64,000 nt of DNA from Octopus bimaculoides (GCF_001194135.2 NC_068991.1:66031621-66095620), one strand, 5' to 3'. Numbered from the stretch's first letter, positions 1-12,246 are shown. Numbers and translations: made by a program. The notes: generated by a model from the sequence alone, not told the origin.

Positions 1-1144
1 AAATTATTAAATAAATAATAATTCACAGGGTTTTAACATCTTTTAATTGATGGTAGCTACAAACGGTATCACTAGCTTTTCAAATTCAACCTCCTTACCA
101 ACAACCAGCATGTAGCTTTCAATTATTATCTATCAATATTACCTCCTCTATCAATCTGCCAAGGTCAACCTTACCTTTCATACTTTCGGGGTTGATAAAA
201 TAAGTACCATTTGTTGATTACTGAGCTTGATGTAATTAACTTACTCTCACCCACAAATTACAGGCTTTGTTCCAAAATTTGGAACCATTATTACCTCCTT
301 TATCACTCTCTTGCCTTCCATCACTCTATTTTGCCCTTCGTAATTTCTCCCCTTGCACCTTCTTAGCAAAGATGCTTGGTCTAGTGATTAGGGTGTTGCA
401 CTGATGAATAGAATCTCATAGTTCTGATTCCTGGACCAGGCTGTGTGTTTGTCCTTGAGGCAAATACTTCATTTTATCTTGCTCCAGTCCACTCAGCTGT
501 AAATGAATTCCAGCAATAACTGGGAAGTTAATTCTGCAATGGACTGGTGTCCCATCCAGGGGAGTTGTTATCTCTGTCACTTTTATACCATGGAAACTGG
601 ATTAAGTTCTGGCATTGTGAGTCCTAAGACTCCTGAAATACTTAAGCACCCTCTTGCTACCATTGTCTCATCTTCATCACTTTCTCTTGCATTCACCTCT
701 TTTGTGATGTTGCCTTGAACAAACAGAAACAACATGGGTTAGTGAGGACTCGGCTGTCCCTCCACCATTTTTTGCTGTTTTGCTTCTAAGACATAGAAAT
801 AGAAGCAGTGAACAAATTCATTGAAGTATACCTTTCACCTTTACAAAAACTTTACCAATGCCAAGGGGTCAGATTGGAGAAATAAAGGTTATTATTATGA
901 CGATTAGGGATAAATTCTGATAGTGTTGTTCTTGTAATGCCATTTCAGTCTGCTGCATTACCATTTCTGTTCCGTTGGAAAACTTCCAATTTTCTTAATA
1001 AATAGAGATTTTGTTTTTTAATTGTTTCCTGCTTTTTGTTTGTTTGTAATTGTTGTTGCAGAAGTGTCTGTTGTAATATTTAAACACCAACAACTTCCTT
1101 GAAGTGCACCTACTTAACGGATGTTAACATCTTAAAAAAAAAAG

Positions 1145-1458
1145 ATGACGGTGATGGTGGTGGTGGTGGAGGGGGCTAGAGATGGTAGCAGTCATGATGG
1201 TGGTGGTGGTGGCAGTGTTGCTGTTGCTGCTGCTACTGCTGGTGGCAGTGGTCAAAATGTGATGGTCATGATGGTGGTGGTGGTGGTGGTTATTGCAATG
1301 GTTATTGTGGTTGTGGTTGTGATGGGGGGAAGGAAGCGATGATGATGATAGTGTTGATGGTAGTAATGGTGGTGGTGGTGGAATGAAGAGGAGGAAAACA
1401 ATGATGACGACAGTGACAATGACACATAAGCAGTTAATGATACAATTTNNNNNNNNNN

Positions 1459-1528
<70 letters not shown>

Positions 1529-1852
1529 ATGCACGCATGCACACACAAACACACATGCACGCATGTACACACACATGCTTGTGCACACACACACACACAT
1601 ACACACTCACACATGTACCCTCTTAATGAAGGTTGTTTTCCCATGAAAATATCTTTTGAAATTGCTAGTAAGAAGCAAAGTGTATGAGATAGATAGATAG
1701 ACAGACAGACAGATAGACAGGCAGATAGATAGACAGACAGACTGATAGATGGATGGATAGATAGACAAATAAATAGATAGATAGATAGATACATACATAC
1801 ATAGATACATAAATAGGTAGGTAGATAGGTAGATAGATAGATGGATAGATAG
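1145..1852. repeat. Compound microsatellite block (GGT/GAT)n, (CA)n, (TAGA)n; many similar blocks across the window
   Basis: Read directly; explains most low-complexity ORFs in the track. Confidence 0.95.
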
Positions 1853-1857
1853 ATTAA

Positions 1858-2087
1858 GGCGGCGAGCTGGAAGAAACGTTAGCATGTTGGATGAAATGCT
1901 TAGTGGTATTTCGTCTGCCACTACATTCTGAGTTCAAATTCTGCCGAGGTCAACTTTGCCTTTCATCCTTTCGGGGTTGATTAAATAAGTACCAGTTACG
2001 CACTGGAGTCAATATAATTGACTTAATCCATTTGTCTGTCCTTGTTTGTCCCATCTATGTGTAGCCCCTTGTGGGCAGTAAAGAAAT

Positions 2088-2090
<3 letters not shown>
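1858..2090 (+). mobile_element. tRNA-derived SINE family A (GGCGGCGAGCTGG head); other copies at ~150-240, 16265-16373, 24590-24775, 25529-25745, 26358-26533, 40835-40990, 41655-41820, 44375-44745, 60650-61615
   Basis: Box A-like TGGCAGAAACG, box B GAGTTCAAATTC, central CTTTCATCCTTTCGGGGTCGATAAA domain; many mutually similar copies. Confidence 0.85.
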
Positions 2091-2118
<28 letters not shown>

Positions 2119-2128
2119 GTAGAGAGAG

Positions 2129-2167
<39 letters not shown>

Positions 2168-3746
2168 GGGAGAGAGAGAGACAGTTAGAAAGGTGGGGAG
2201 AATATATAAGATTATAATAAAGTGAATTGCTAATATATTTAATGTGGTAAACACTATAACTTTAAGTAACTAAGACTATGGCAACATCAAGATGAGGCAA
2301 ACTTTGTAAAACAATGTTTGAGTAAACCAAAGGCAAAGGAGACAACTTATAATAAAAAGGGGAAAGAAGTTAGTAATGGATGCAGAGTCCCAATTGCTAA
2401 TGGTCCATGTATAGTAATATGCCACCATGTATAACATGCAGTAATGCACAAGCTACATGAGAAGATAATGTAGTATACTGCTTACATATACAAAATACTT
2501 CCCCTAGTTGCCATGTAGAGGGACTGAACCTGAAACCATGTGGTTGGGAAACAAACTTCTTAATCAACACAGGAATTATTCATTGTAAGCCTAGTACTTA
2601 TTCTATCAGTCAATTTTGCCGAACTGCTAAGTTACGGGGACGTAAACACACCAGCATCGGTTGTCAAGCGATGGTGGGAGGACACATACACACACACACA
2701 CGTACACATGTATATATACGACAGGCTTCTTTCAGTTTCTGTCTACCAAATCCACTCACAAGGCTTTGGTCAGCCCGAGGCTATAGTAGAAGACACTTGC
2801 CCAAGGTGCCACGCAGTGGGACTGAACCCGGAACCGTGTGGTTGGTAAGCAAGCTACTTACCACACAAATGAGAGCCTGAGATTTACCAAGCATGTAGTT
2901 ATAGGAAAATATAAAAAAGAACAAAAACGACTCAGTGTTTAATGACACAATATAAGCATTCAGTTCAATACTTAACTGTGTGTTTGTCATCTCCTCCAAC
3001 TTATAAGAGTCAGTGTTAGTAGAAGGGATGGGGTGGGGGTAGTGGTCATCTCTCTCTTTGTGGTGGTAATAGTGGTAACAGTGATGGTGATGGTGGTGGT
3101 GGTAGTGCTGGTGGTGTGTGAGTGGTGTTGGCGGCAGTGACAGTAACTGTGACAGTGGTGGTGGGTGTCATCATTGTGGTGGTTGCCATCGTCATCGTCA
3201 TCGTTGTCGTCATCATAGTCATCATGATGAATGTTTTGGTAGTAGCTGCGGTGGCCTGCGGTCATTGTCATCATTTTGGTTGTGATGGTGATGGCATTGT
3301 GGTGGTGGTGGTTGTGGTAGCAGCAAGTGTGGTGTTGATGGTCCAGTCAGTGATATAACTAAAGTTATGAGATAAGGGTGGTGGTGATAGTGGTTGGGGA
3401 GGGAGCATGAGATGTCACTAGTTTTAATTCCAAATGTGAGAGACAAATTAATTACATTTTTGACATTTGAGATAATTACATTTAAATTAGTTTTGTTTTT
3501 GGTGAGAAACTGAGTGAGACATGTTGTGGGGGGGGGGGGGATCGCTTCAATTAAATGACCAGAATAGGGTCAATCTCAGTGGTGTTAATTAGGTATATAG
3601 ATATACACTGGTTGTGTGGGTGTAGAGAAGATAGAAGTAGTGTGGGAGTGGACAGAGCAGTGTGGTAAAAACAATGGAATCATAAGGTAGTAGTCTTAGG
3701 TAATATAGAGTGGACACAGTGGGGTAGGGATGACAATTACAAGGGG

Positions 3747-4205
3747 TTAGACGTACCAATATATGTTGGTTGCGGCTGTGTCAACTTTGACATGGTCAAC
3801 TTTGATGTGGTCAGCTTCTAAATGATCAGCATTGACATGGCCAACTTTGACATTGTTACCTTTGACATGGTCAACTTTAATGTGGCCAAATTTGATGTGG
3901 TCATCTTTGGAATGGTTAACTTTGACATTGCCAGCTTTGACACTGTCAACTGTGGTGTGGCTGGCTTTGATGTGACTGTCTTTGGCATGGTCAACTTTGA
4001 CATGGCCAACATGGATGTGGCCAGCTCTGATGTGGTTGTCTTTCACATGGCCAAGTTTGATGTGGCCAACTTTGGTGTGACCAACTTTGACATGACCAAC
4101 TTTTCCATTGTCAACTTTGACGTGGTCAATTTTGGCAGGCTGAGGCTTCTATGCATTGCATCGCTATCTATCTACATGTATGAATGTATAACTCTACATA
4201 TGTAG
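3747..4205. repeat. 24 x 15-bp indel-free tandem array (consensus GGTCAACTTTGAYRT) with open pentapeptide-repeat frames on both strands
   Basis: - strand 3747-4148 is stop-free (133 aa, 24 xK(V/A)(G/D)H units); + strand ORF 3822-4205 reads (A/V/T)NFD(M/V/I) repeats. Confidence 0.9.
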
Positions 4206-4460
4206 CCAGTATCTGAATGTATGCTATAACATTGAGAAATATATATTGAAAAATAAAATTCATACACAGAGATACATACACTATCTTTTAACTCTTTAGC
4301 ATTTAAACTGACCATAACCAGCCCATATATTCTATCTGTCTTTGAAGAAATGACCAGATCTGGCTTCTCACACCAACCCTACAATGACATTTTAAAGTAA
4401 TCAATCACATCATTAAAATCTTGAAGCTACAACATAATGTGTGACTAATTCAAAACAATA

Positions 4461-4785
4461 GACATTCGAGCGAGGTCATTGCCAGTGCTGCTGGACTGGC
4501 TCCTGTGCAGGTGGCACATAAAATACACCATTTTGAACATGGCTGTTGCCAGTACCGCCTGACTGGCCTTCATGCCGGTGGCACGTAAAAGCACCCACTA
4601 CACTCTCAGAGTGGTTGGCGTTAGGAAGGGCATCCAGCTGTAGAAACTCTGCCAAGTCAGATTTGGAGCCTGGTGTAGCCATCTGGTTCACCAGTCCTCA
4701 GTCAAATTGTCCAACCCATGCTAGCATGGAAGGCGGACGTTAAACGACGACGACGACGACGACGATGATGATGATGATGATGAAT
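4461..4785 (+). mobile_element. SINE family B (GGTTGGCGTTAGGAAGGGCATCC core, CCATGCTAGCATGG palindrome, (GAT)n tail); other copies at 9181-9269(+), 9346-9658(-), 23146-23398(+), 28985-29200(-), 38000-38135(+), 38660-38965(-), 47425-47635(+), 49238-49500(+), 50248-50430(+), 55430-55655(+), 56000-56165(+), 59744-59995(-), 61670-61990(+)
   Basis: Repeated sequence with a shared 3' TTAAACGATGATGAT tail (RTE-like); the core resembles the Nin/Deu SINE domain from memory. Confidence 0.85.
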
Positions 4786-5169
4786 AAATAAAGATCATTT
4801 GACAGAGTAATCTGAATGCTAAAGGGTTACATATCAGTGGTTATAATAGTTAATAGTGTGAAATATTCAAACACTTGTGAGATGTGCAAAGTAAAATAGT
4901 CTTTTATTTTTATTTAACTCTTTGATTAATCACGTTTTGCCTCTGGTGGTGAATTTGTCATCAAAGGGGAGAGAATCAACTCTTGGTTAAACAAAATAGA
5001 AGAACCTACATGTTTAATTTTTAAAACAGGTCCCTATCCATCACTACGCTGCCAGTAAAAATATTTGTTAATTGTGCTCATACATTCTTTTAATTGTAGA
5101 CTGTTATATAGCAAAAGTCTCATTAGTTACTATGGTGACAACAGTCTACCTATCCATCTTTCACACACA

Positions 5170-5228
<59 letters not shown>

Positions 5229-5492
5229 ACTCTCTTTCTCTCTCTCACTATATTTCTCTCACAACAACAACTTGAAACAAATTTTAATTTTCTTTCACAC
5301 GCACACACATGCATACATACATATGCACATACACACACACCCTCTTTCTTGCTCACACACACACACATTCTCTCTCTCTCACACACACACACACACACTC
5401 ACTGAATTTCTCTTTCAACAACGACAACCTGTCATAGTGAAATTCTTTTTTAAAGTTTGTGTTGCATTGTCTCTACGTTGAAAGCCATACAG

Positions 5493-5529
<37 letters not shown>

Positions 5530-5587
5530 AACAACCCAAAAATAACAATCTATATTGTTATATAATGAAACAATCTATATTATTACA

Positions 5588-6791
5588 TTGGGTTGGCAAG
5601 AAAGTAATTTTGGTTTTTTAATTTGAAATAAGTCTTTTTGTCGCACAAATAATGAACTTTAATCAATTATATATTTTCCATTTTGTTTGATGACCTTTGA
5701 CCATCTTTCTGGCAACTTCATGAGTCCACGTTCATAGAACTTCTTGTCTGTATCAGCCAAAAACTGAAGCAAGTGCGTTTTTAGGTTATCATCATTATTG
5801 AAAGTTTTACCATTCAAAGAATTTTGCAAACTTCAAAATAAATGTTAATCTGATGGTGTAAGGTCAGGGCTATATGGTGGATGTGACATCACTTCCCAAC
5901 CAAGCTCCAATAATTTTTCATGAGTTAGCAAAGACATGTGTGGTCCAGCATTGTCATGGTGGGACACAATTCCTTTATAATTTGCCAGATCTGGCCGTTT
6001 TTCTTTGATTGCTTCCTCCAGTTTCATTAGTTGTTGACAGTAAGCATCTGAATTGATTGTTTGATTCCTTGGAAGCAGCTCAAAATACACAACACCTTTG
6101 TAATCCCACCAAATTGACAGCATGACCTTTTTTTGATGCAATTCAGCTTTCGATGTGGTCTGTACTGGACCATGATCGTTTTTGATTTATGTTATGGTAG
6201 ACAATCCACTTTTCATCACCAGTGATGATTTGTTTTAAAAAAAGGTAGATTTCATTGCTTTTGAGATGCATATCGCAAATATTGATTTGTTGTGATAAGT
6301 GAATCTCTTTCAATTGTTGTGTGTGATACATTTAACCTCTCTGCAATCTCTCGCACAGTTATATGGCAATCTGATTCACTTATGGCTTTGATTTGGTCAT
6401 CATCAACTTTGGTAGGTTCGTCCAAAATGTCGGTCATCTTTGAGTGAAAAATCTCCAGAATGGAATTTTTTAAACCGTTTCTGACATGTGCATTCTGTTA
6501 CGTAATTAATACCATAAACTTCACATCTCTCTTTGTGAAACTCAGCAGCTGCTTTGCCTTTATGGAAATAAAAGAGCAAAATATGACGAAAATGTTCGTT
6601 TTTGCACTCCGATTTAAAATTGACACTGAACTAACAGCTGTAAACAAAATTACACACAATTTGCTTCTAAAGTAAGCTAAAAGAAATGGCTGTCAAATGT
6701 CAAAAGACAAAAATCATAATATTGGCAAAAGTCATTCGAAAAAATCGTAACTTTATTTGTGAAAAATGAAATTACTTTCTTGCCAACCCAA
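5588..6791 (-). mobile_element. Mariner (DD34D, mellifera-like) defective copy A
   Basis: TIR TTGGGTTGGCAAGAAAGTAATT at both ends; TA at 6792 (CA on the other side); TGDEKW, HHDNA and YSPDLTPSD motifs, with 34 residues between D2 and D3; stops and an internal deletion. Confidence 0.95.
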
Positions 6792-8396
6792 TATATTGTT
6801 ATATAATATGTATTATTGTATAATCTATATTGTTATATACTGTTATATAATGTTATATAATCTATATTGTTATATTTTTTTGAAGCTGTGTTGTGCTGTG
6901 TTCACAGAATTGCACTTAAAATCCAACCCCCTTGTTTGTTACTATGGTGACAACACTATCTATCTATCTATTTATCTTACACACACCCAAACACACTTGC
7001 TCTTTCTCTCTCTCTCTCTCACTCTCTCTCTCTCTCTCACTCTCTCTCTCTCTCTCTCTCTCACTCTCTCTCTCTCTTTCTCTCACACATACTGTATGTC
7101 ACCTCCTCTTCTAAAAATATATTGTGAAGTATATTTTAACTTTTCCTCTTCTTTCTCTCCCTTTAATAAATGTTGTGATGGACAGACAGATGGAGATCCG
7201 CTTCTCTTTTATAGTATAAGATTTAAAATATTTCTCTTTGTTTTTTTCCTTACACAAAATAAAATAAAGTTCCTAAATTATTTTGTTATTGGTGGCTGTG
7301 TATAGTATCAACATTCAGTAAAATATTTTTTTAATTATATAAAACTACGTTATTTTTTAGTCAATGTTGCCTATGTCTCTGCAATATGCATGTGTAGGCC
7401 TGGCAAGATGTTTTTGTAGAAGGTTTGCAATTGATCATGCATGAAAGTTTCCCTTATTCACACTACCAATTTTTATCCAAAGGAAAAGCTGCCAACATGA
7501 GCTGTTACAGCTTAGCACTAGTATCATTACAGGTGTTGCTGTTTTCAGAACATCAAGAACTAGAACAGATACTGCAAGGTATCTCACCTGTCCCTCGAGC
7601 AATTTCACCAATCCATCTTCATAATCCTCAAAGCAACTTAATTACTCATTTAAACTAGTTATACTTGAGTTATACTTGCTAATTATGGAAGCAGACCATC
7701 ATTCCTCTCCTTTACTGTTCTCAGTTAAAAGGTCATCTTGTTATTACAGGCTTGCCATTTACTTAAAATAGCATGCTGTTCTATCTTTTAACTCATTAAA
7801 TGTAGATCTGCCTGAAATTACCCTATAATAAAGTGTTCATATTTAAATTAAAATCTCATCATAACATGAATGATGTCATGTGATTTAAGTTAGTCAACAT
7901 TATTACAAATATTTTACCAAACCTTTTGAAAGTCCTCCTCCTCCTCCTCCTCATCATCATCATCATTACCACCACCACCACCACTACCACCACCACAATC
8001 ACTACTACCATCGTCATCATGTTTCTATGCTAGCATGCATAGGACGGTTTGACAGAATCTGACAGGTTCAAATACTGCATGGTTTCTATAGCATGTACAG
8101 GTTTTCTTTTTTTGTGTTGCCGCCAGCACTAGAGGGGGTGGCATACAGTTTGCAACGCTATGAACACTGAGGAGATATCTTTATGCCAGAAGGTGAGGTG
8201 TTAAAGTATGAGAGAAGGGAGCATAGGGACAGTTCCTTGCTGTAGAGGAGCTGTACGACTATAATCCCAAGGAGGTTAATTAATACTAATTAATACTAAT
8301 TTCTGCAAAATCATTGAGCAACCTCCACCTTCACCATCACCACCACCACCACTTGTGAATTCCCACCAATATTTATAAAATTAGCATCAATGATAT

Positions 8397-8794
8397 GGAG
8401 GCACAATGGCCCAGTGGTTAGGGCAGCGGATTCGCGGTCATAGGATCACGGTTTCGATGCCCAGACCGGGCGTTGTGAGTGTTTATTGAGCGAAAATACC
8501 TAAAGCTCCATGAGGCTCCGGCAGGGGATGGTGGCGAACCCTGCTGTACTCTTTCACCACAACTTTCTCTCACACTTACTTTCTGTTTCTGTTGTGCCTG
8601 TAATTCAAAAGGGTCAGCCTTGTCATACTGTGTCATGCTGAATATCCCCGAGAACTACGTTAAGGGTACACGTGTCTGTGGAGTGCTCGGCCACTTGCAC
8701 GTTAATTTCACAAGCAGGCTGTTCCGTTGATCGGATCAACTGGAACCCTCGACGTCGTAAGCGACGGAGTGTCAACAACAACAACAACAACAAA
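8397..8794 (+). mobile_element. tRNA-derived SINE family D with (CAA)n tail; fragment at ~55075-55240(-)
   Basis: TGGCCCAGTGG box A, GGTTTCGATGCC box B-like, simple-repeat tail; second copy present. Confidence 0.8.
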
Positions 8795-10434
8795 TCTATG
8801 ATATAGTGGTGGTGGTGGTGGTGGTGGTGGTGGTGGTGATGGTGGACTCTCCTGTTGTAAATGACAGATAAGGGTTCTGCAAATTCTTGCTGAGCAGCCA
8901 GCACAGATGTTTTGTGTACAGTGGTCAAATGATTGTATTGGACATTAGCTCACTCCCTCCATCAGATAAACATTGGTTGTACAGTTGCATGGTGTGCCAC
9001 ATGCCACATACCAACGTGATCACAGAGCAATGTGAAATGAAGTGATATGCTCAAGAACAGAATGCACCACCTGGTTCAGGAATTGAAACCACAAACTTGC
9101 AATCATGAGTGCAATACGCTAACCACTTGGCCATGTGCCTTCACTATATATAATATAATAAATATAATATAGTATAATAGCCTGGTGTAACCACCTGGTT
9201 CACCAGTCCACAGTCAAATCGTCCAACCCATGCTAGCATGGAAAGCGGATGTTAAACGATGATGATGATAATATGTAATATAATGTAATGTAATGTTGTG
9301 TAATAAATACAATATATAATATAACAAAATTTATGAAATAAATACATCATCATCATCATCGTTTAACGTCCGCTTTCCATGCTAGCATGGGTTGGACGAT
9401 TTGACTGAGGACTGGTGAAACCGGATGGCAACACCAGGCTCCAGTCTGATTTGGCAGAGTTTCTACAGCTGGATGCCCTTCCTAACGCCAACCACTCAGA
9501 GAGTGTAGTGGGTGCTTTTACGTGTCACCCGCACGAAAACGGCCACGATCGAAATGGTGTCTTTTATGTGCCACCCGCACAAGCCAGTCCAGGGGCACTG
9601 TCAACGATCTCGCTCGAAAATCCTACAGGAGCCAGTCAGGCGGTACTGGCAACGGCCANNNNNNNNNNNNNNNNNNNNNNNNNNNNNNNNNNNNNNNNNN
9701 NNNNNNNNNNNNNNNNNNNNNNNNNNNNNNNNNNNNNNNNNNNNNNNNNNNNNNNNNNNNNNNNNNNNNNNNNNNNNNNNNNNNNNNNNNNNNNNNNNNN
9801 NNNNNNNNNNNNNNNNNNNNNNNNNNNNNNNNNNNNNNNNNNNNNNNNNNNNNNNNNNNNNNNNNNNNNNNNNNNNNNNNNNNNNNNNNNNNNNNNNNNN
9901 NNNNNNNNNNNNNNNNNNNNNNNNNNNNNNNNNNNNNNNNNNNNNNNNNNNNNNNNNNNNNNNNNNNNNNNNNNNNNNNNNNNNNNNNNNNNNNNNNNNN
10001 NNNNNNNNNNNNNNNNNNNNNNNNNNNNNNNNNNNNNNNNNNNNNNNNNNNNNNNNNNNNNNNNNNNNNNNNNNNNNNNNNNNNNNNNNNNNNNNNNNNN
10101 NNNNNNNNNNNNNNNNNNNNNNNNNNNNNNNNNNNNNNNNNNNNNNNNNNNNNNNNNNNNNNNNNNNNNNNNNNNNNNNNNNNNNNNNNNNNNNNNNNNN
10201 NNNNNNNNNNNNNNNNNNNNNNNNNNNNNNNNNNNNNNNNNNNNNNNNNNNNNNNNNNNNNNNNNNNNNNNNNNNNNNNNNNNNNNNNNNNNNNNNNNNN
10301 NNNNNNNNNNNNNNNNNNNNNNNNNNNNNNNNNNNNNNNNNNNNNNNNNNNNNNNNNNNNNNNNNNNNNNNNNNNNNNNNNNNNNNNNNNNNNNNNNNNN
10401 NNNNNNNNNTATCGACTACCTCTAGTTTTTCACC

Positions 10435-10556
10435 CTATATATAACAAAATTTATAAATACAATATATAATATAACAAAATTTATGAAATAAATACAATAT
10501 ATAATATAACAAAATTTATGAAATAAATACAATATATAATATAACAAAATTTATAT
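10435..10556. repeat. AT-rich 35-bp minisatellite (AATACAATATATAATATAACAAAATTTATGAAATA); the same unit occurs at 9303-9345
   Basis: About 3.5 tandem units read directly. Confidence 0.85.
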
Positions 10557-10572
10557 TTTTTTCTATTTTCAG

Positions 10573-10740
10573 TCCAGCATGGAAAACCTGCATCGGGAGA
10601 AAACACTTTCAAAGCCAGAAAAAAGTGAAAACAATCAGGTACCGATGTCGCCTGAGGATAAAAAGTCCATGCAAGAAAATGGAATAACACTAGTGAAGTT
10701 CCTTCCAAGCAGAGACTTCAAAGTTGAACCAATTAACTAA
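10573..10740 (+). CDS. Candidate terminal exon or 53-aa small ORF of an unidentified + strand gene (SSMENLHREK...LVKFLPSRDFKVEPIN*)
   Basis: Long U-rich acceptor ttttttttctattttcag, 55 open codons, TAA TGA double stop, AATAAA at 10751, good-context ATG (agcATGG) at 10579; no homolog recognised. Confidence 0.45.
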   Translation, partial: SSMENLHREKTLSKPEKSENNQVPMSPEDKKSMQENGITLVKFLPSRDFKVEPIN

Positions 10741-11280
10741 TGATGGATCTAATAAACTAAAGGATTTAATATTTTCGACATAGTATTTCTTAACATTAAT
10801 CTGATTAATTATCATCTTGTATCTATATATATATATTCATATAAAACCATTTGTATCAATAACATCACATTGAATACTAATAATATCATACATTTCATGC
10901 AAACCATCCTCATATCACACATTGTATATTGCACAAAGAAAAAAGGATTTTTAAACATTCACACATACACACACACACACACACACATGCATACATACAA
11001 ATATATATATATATATTTAGAGAATGTTAGTTATGGCCAGTTCATAGGGTTACCAAGTGTTTCGCATTCATAAAGTATTAGCTTTAGACATGTCTCATCA
11101 GACCTTAATGGCTGGTGACCTATAACCTTTCTTCATTAGGGTCTGACTAGACGTGTGTAAAGCTAAGTGCTTTATGGACACGAAACCCTAGGTAACCCTT
11201 TAAACTAACATTCTCTAAATACTCTCCTGCTCTATAACTTAGAGTGTGCTTCTCTTTCAGATTTATAATTTACTGATGAA

Positions 11281-11590
11281 ATACACACACACACAAACAC
11301 ACTCACAAAAACACACACACACACACAAACGCACTCGCTCACACACATACACACTTGTTCACACACATTCTCGCTCACACACTTGCTCACACACACACAC
11401 TCGCTCACACACACACTTGCTCACACACACACACACACTCGCTCACACACACACACACACAAACACTCACACACAAACACACACTCACTCACACACACAA
11501 AAACACACTCACACACACAAACACTCACTCACACACACAAAAACACACTCACACACACAAACACTCACTCACACACACACACACACTTAC
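11281..11590. repeat. Complex (CA)n-derived microsatellite with higher-order repeats
   Basis: CA runs punctuated by recurrent AAA/CTC interruptions. Confidence 0.85.
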
Positions 11591-12246
11591 GTACATATAC
11601 ATACCTACTTAGTGTTGGTTGTTGGAAAAAAGAGTACTCAACACCATAGTAAAAGTAAAGTCATTCTCTTGCTACTCTGAATTTTATGCACAAAATACAT
11701 AATAAAGAAACACAAAGATACATACATTTTTTATTTTATTTTAAAACTTCTAATTTCAAAAGACTGTTTTTCGAAGAACATTTTTTTCCTAAATAATACG
11801 TTTCAAAGTGAACAGATTAATTAACTTTGGAAACGAACCGAAATTCCATCCTCATGCCATGAAGCATTGAATGTCTCTTTTCAATGCTGATTGACACATT
11901 TGATCAGTGAAAATTTAGTTTTTGTCAAAGTGTAACACCAGTGTTTGAGAGTGACCAATATAGCTGGTGTAATCAGTATTATTGTATTACTGTGGCTTAT
12001 TTTATGGATTCCAGATGGATTTAGATTTGAATGAATTTTAAGTCAGAACCCAAAGGGATGAAGTTTAAATCCTGTTATGAAAACAAGGGCAGATATAATT
12101 GCTAAATGCTAAAACTCAGTCAATTATATTCAGGAATCCCCAAAAAGATATGAAGAAAAGCAAAAAGAAACAGTAACCCACCACCAAAAATAAAAACGAA
12201 AATGAAACAAAAGCAACAAATAAGAGTGCAGTATAAATGTAATTGT

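Noticed and set aside
640-1130. Minus-strand decayed gene (ITKEVNARESDEDETM, QTLLQQQLQ...)
   Set aside because: Several stops, no recognisable homology and a competing + strand reading; A-rich composition can explain it.
1124-3446. His/Val/Thr-rich low-complexity ORFs here and at 11.2-11.7, 18.5-18.8, 19.6-19.9 and 34.7-35.1 kb
   Set aside because: Translations of (CA)n, (GGT)n, (CAT)n, (TAGA)n and (GA)n microsatellites.
7587-7640. Small exon candidates near 7.55-7.64 kb (EHQELEQILQ on +, DYEDGLVKLLEGQ on -)
   Set aside because: Both strands give equally plausible short exons and there is no homology, so they cannot be distinguished from chance.
8127-8192. + strand coding exon with strong splice sites (gccgccag / AAG|gtgagg); also a CTCF-like GCACTAGAGGGGG
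   Set aside because: Stops in all three frames, so it is not coding. It could be a non-coding exon, but nothing else supports that, and the CTCF match is imperfect.
8397-8470. tRNA gene (box A/box B, tRNA-like head)
   Set aside because: It continues into a SINE body and (CAA)n tail; I see no complete cloverleaf, and related copies are dispersed. The same applies to the heads of families A, C and E.
9415-10469. Long ORFs spanning N runs (also at 16.2-16.7, 19.0-19.5, 20.7-23.3 and 59.2-59.8 kb)
   Set aside because: They stay open only because N codons translate as X; the flanks are SINE or microsatellite sequence.
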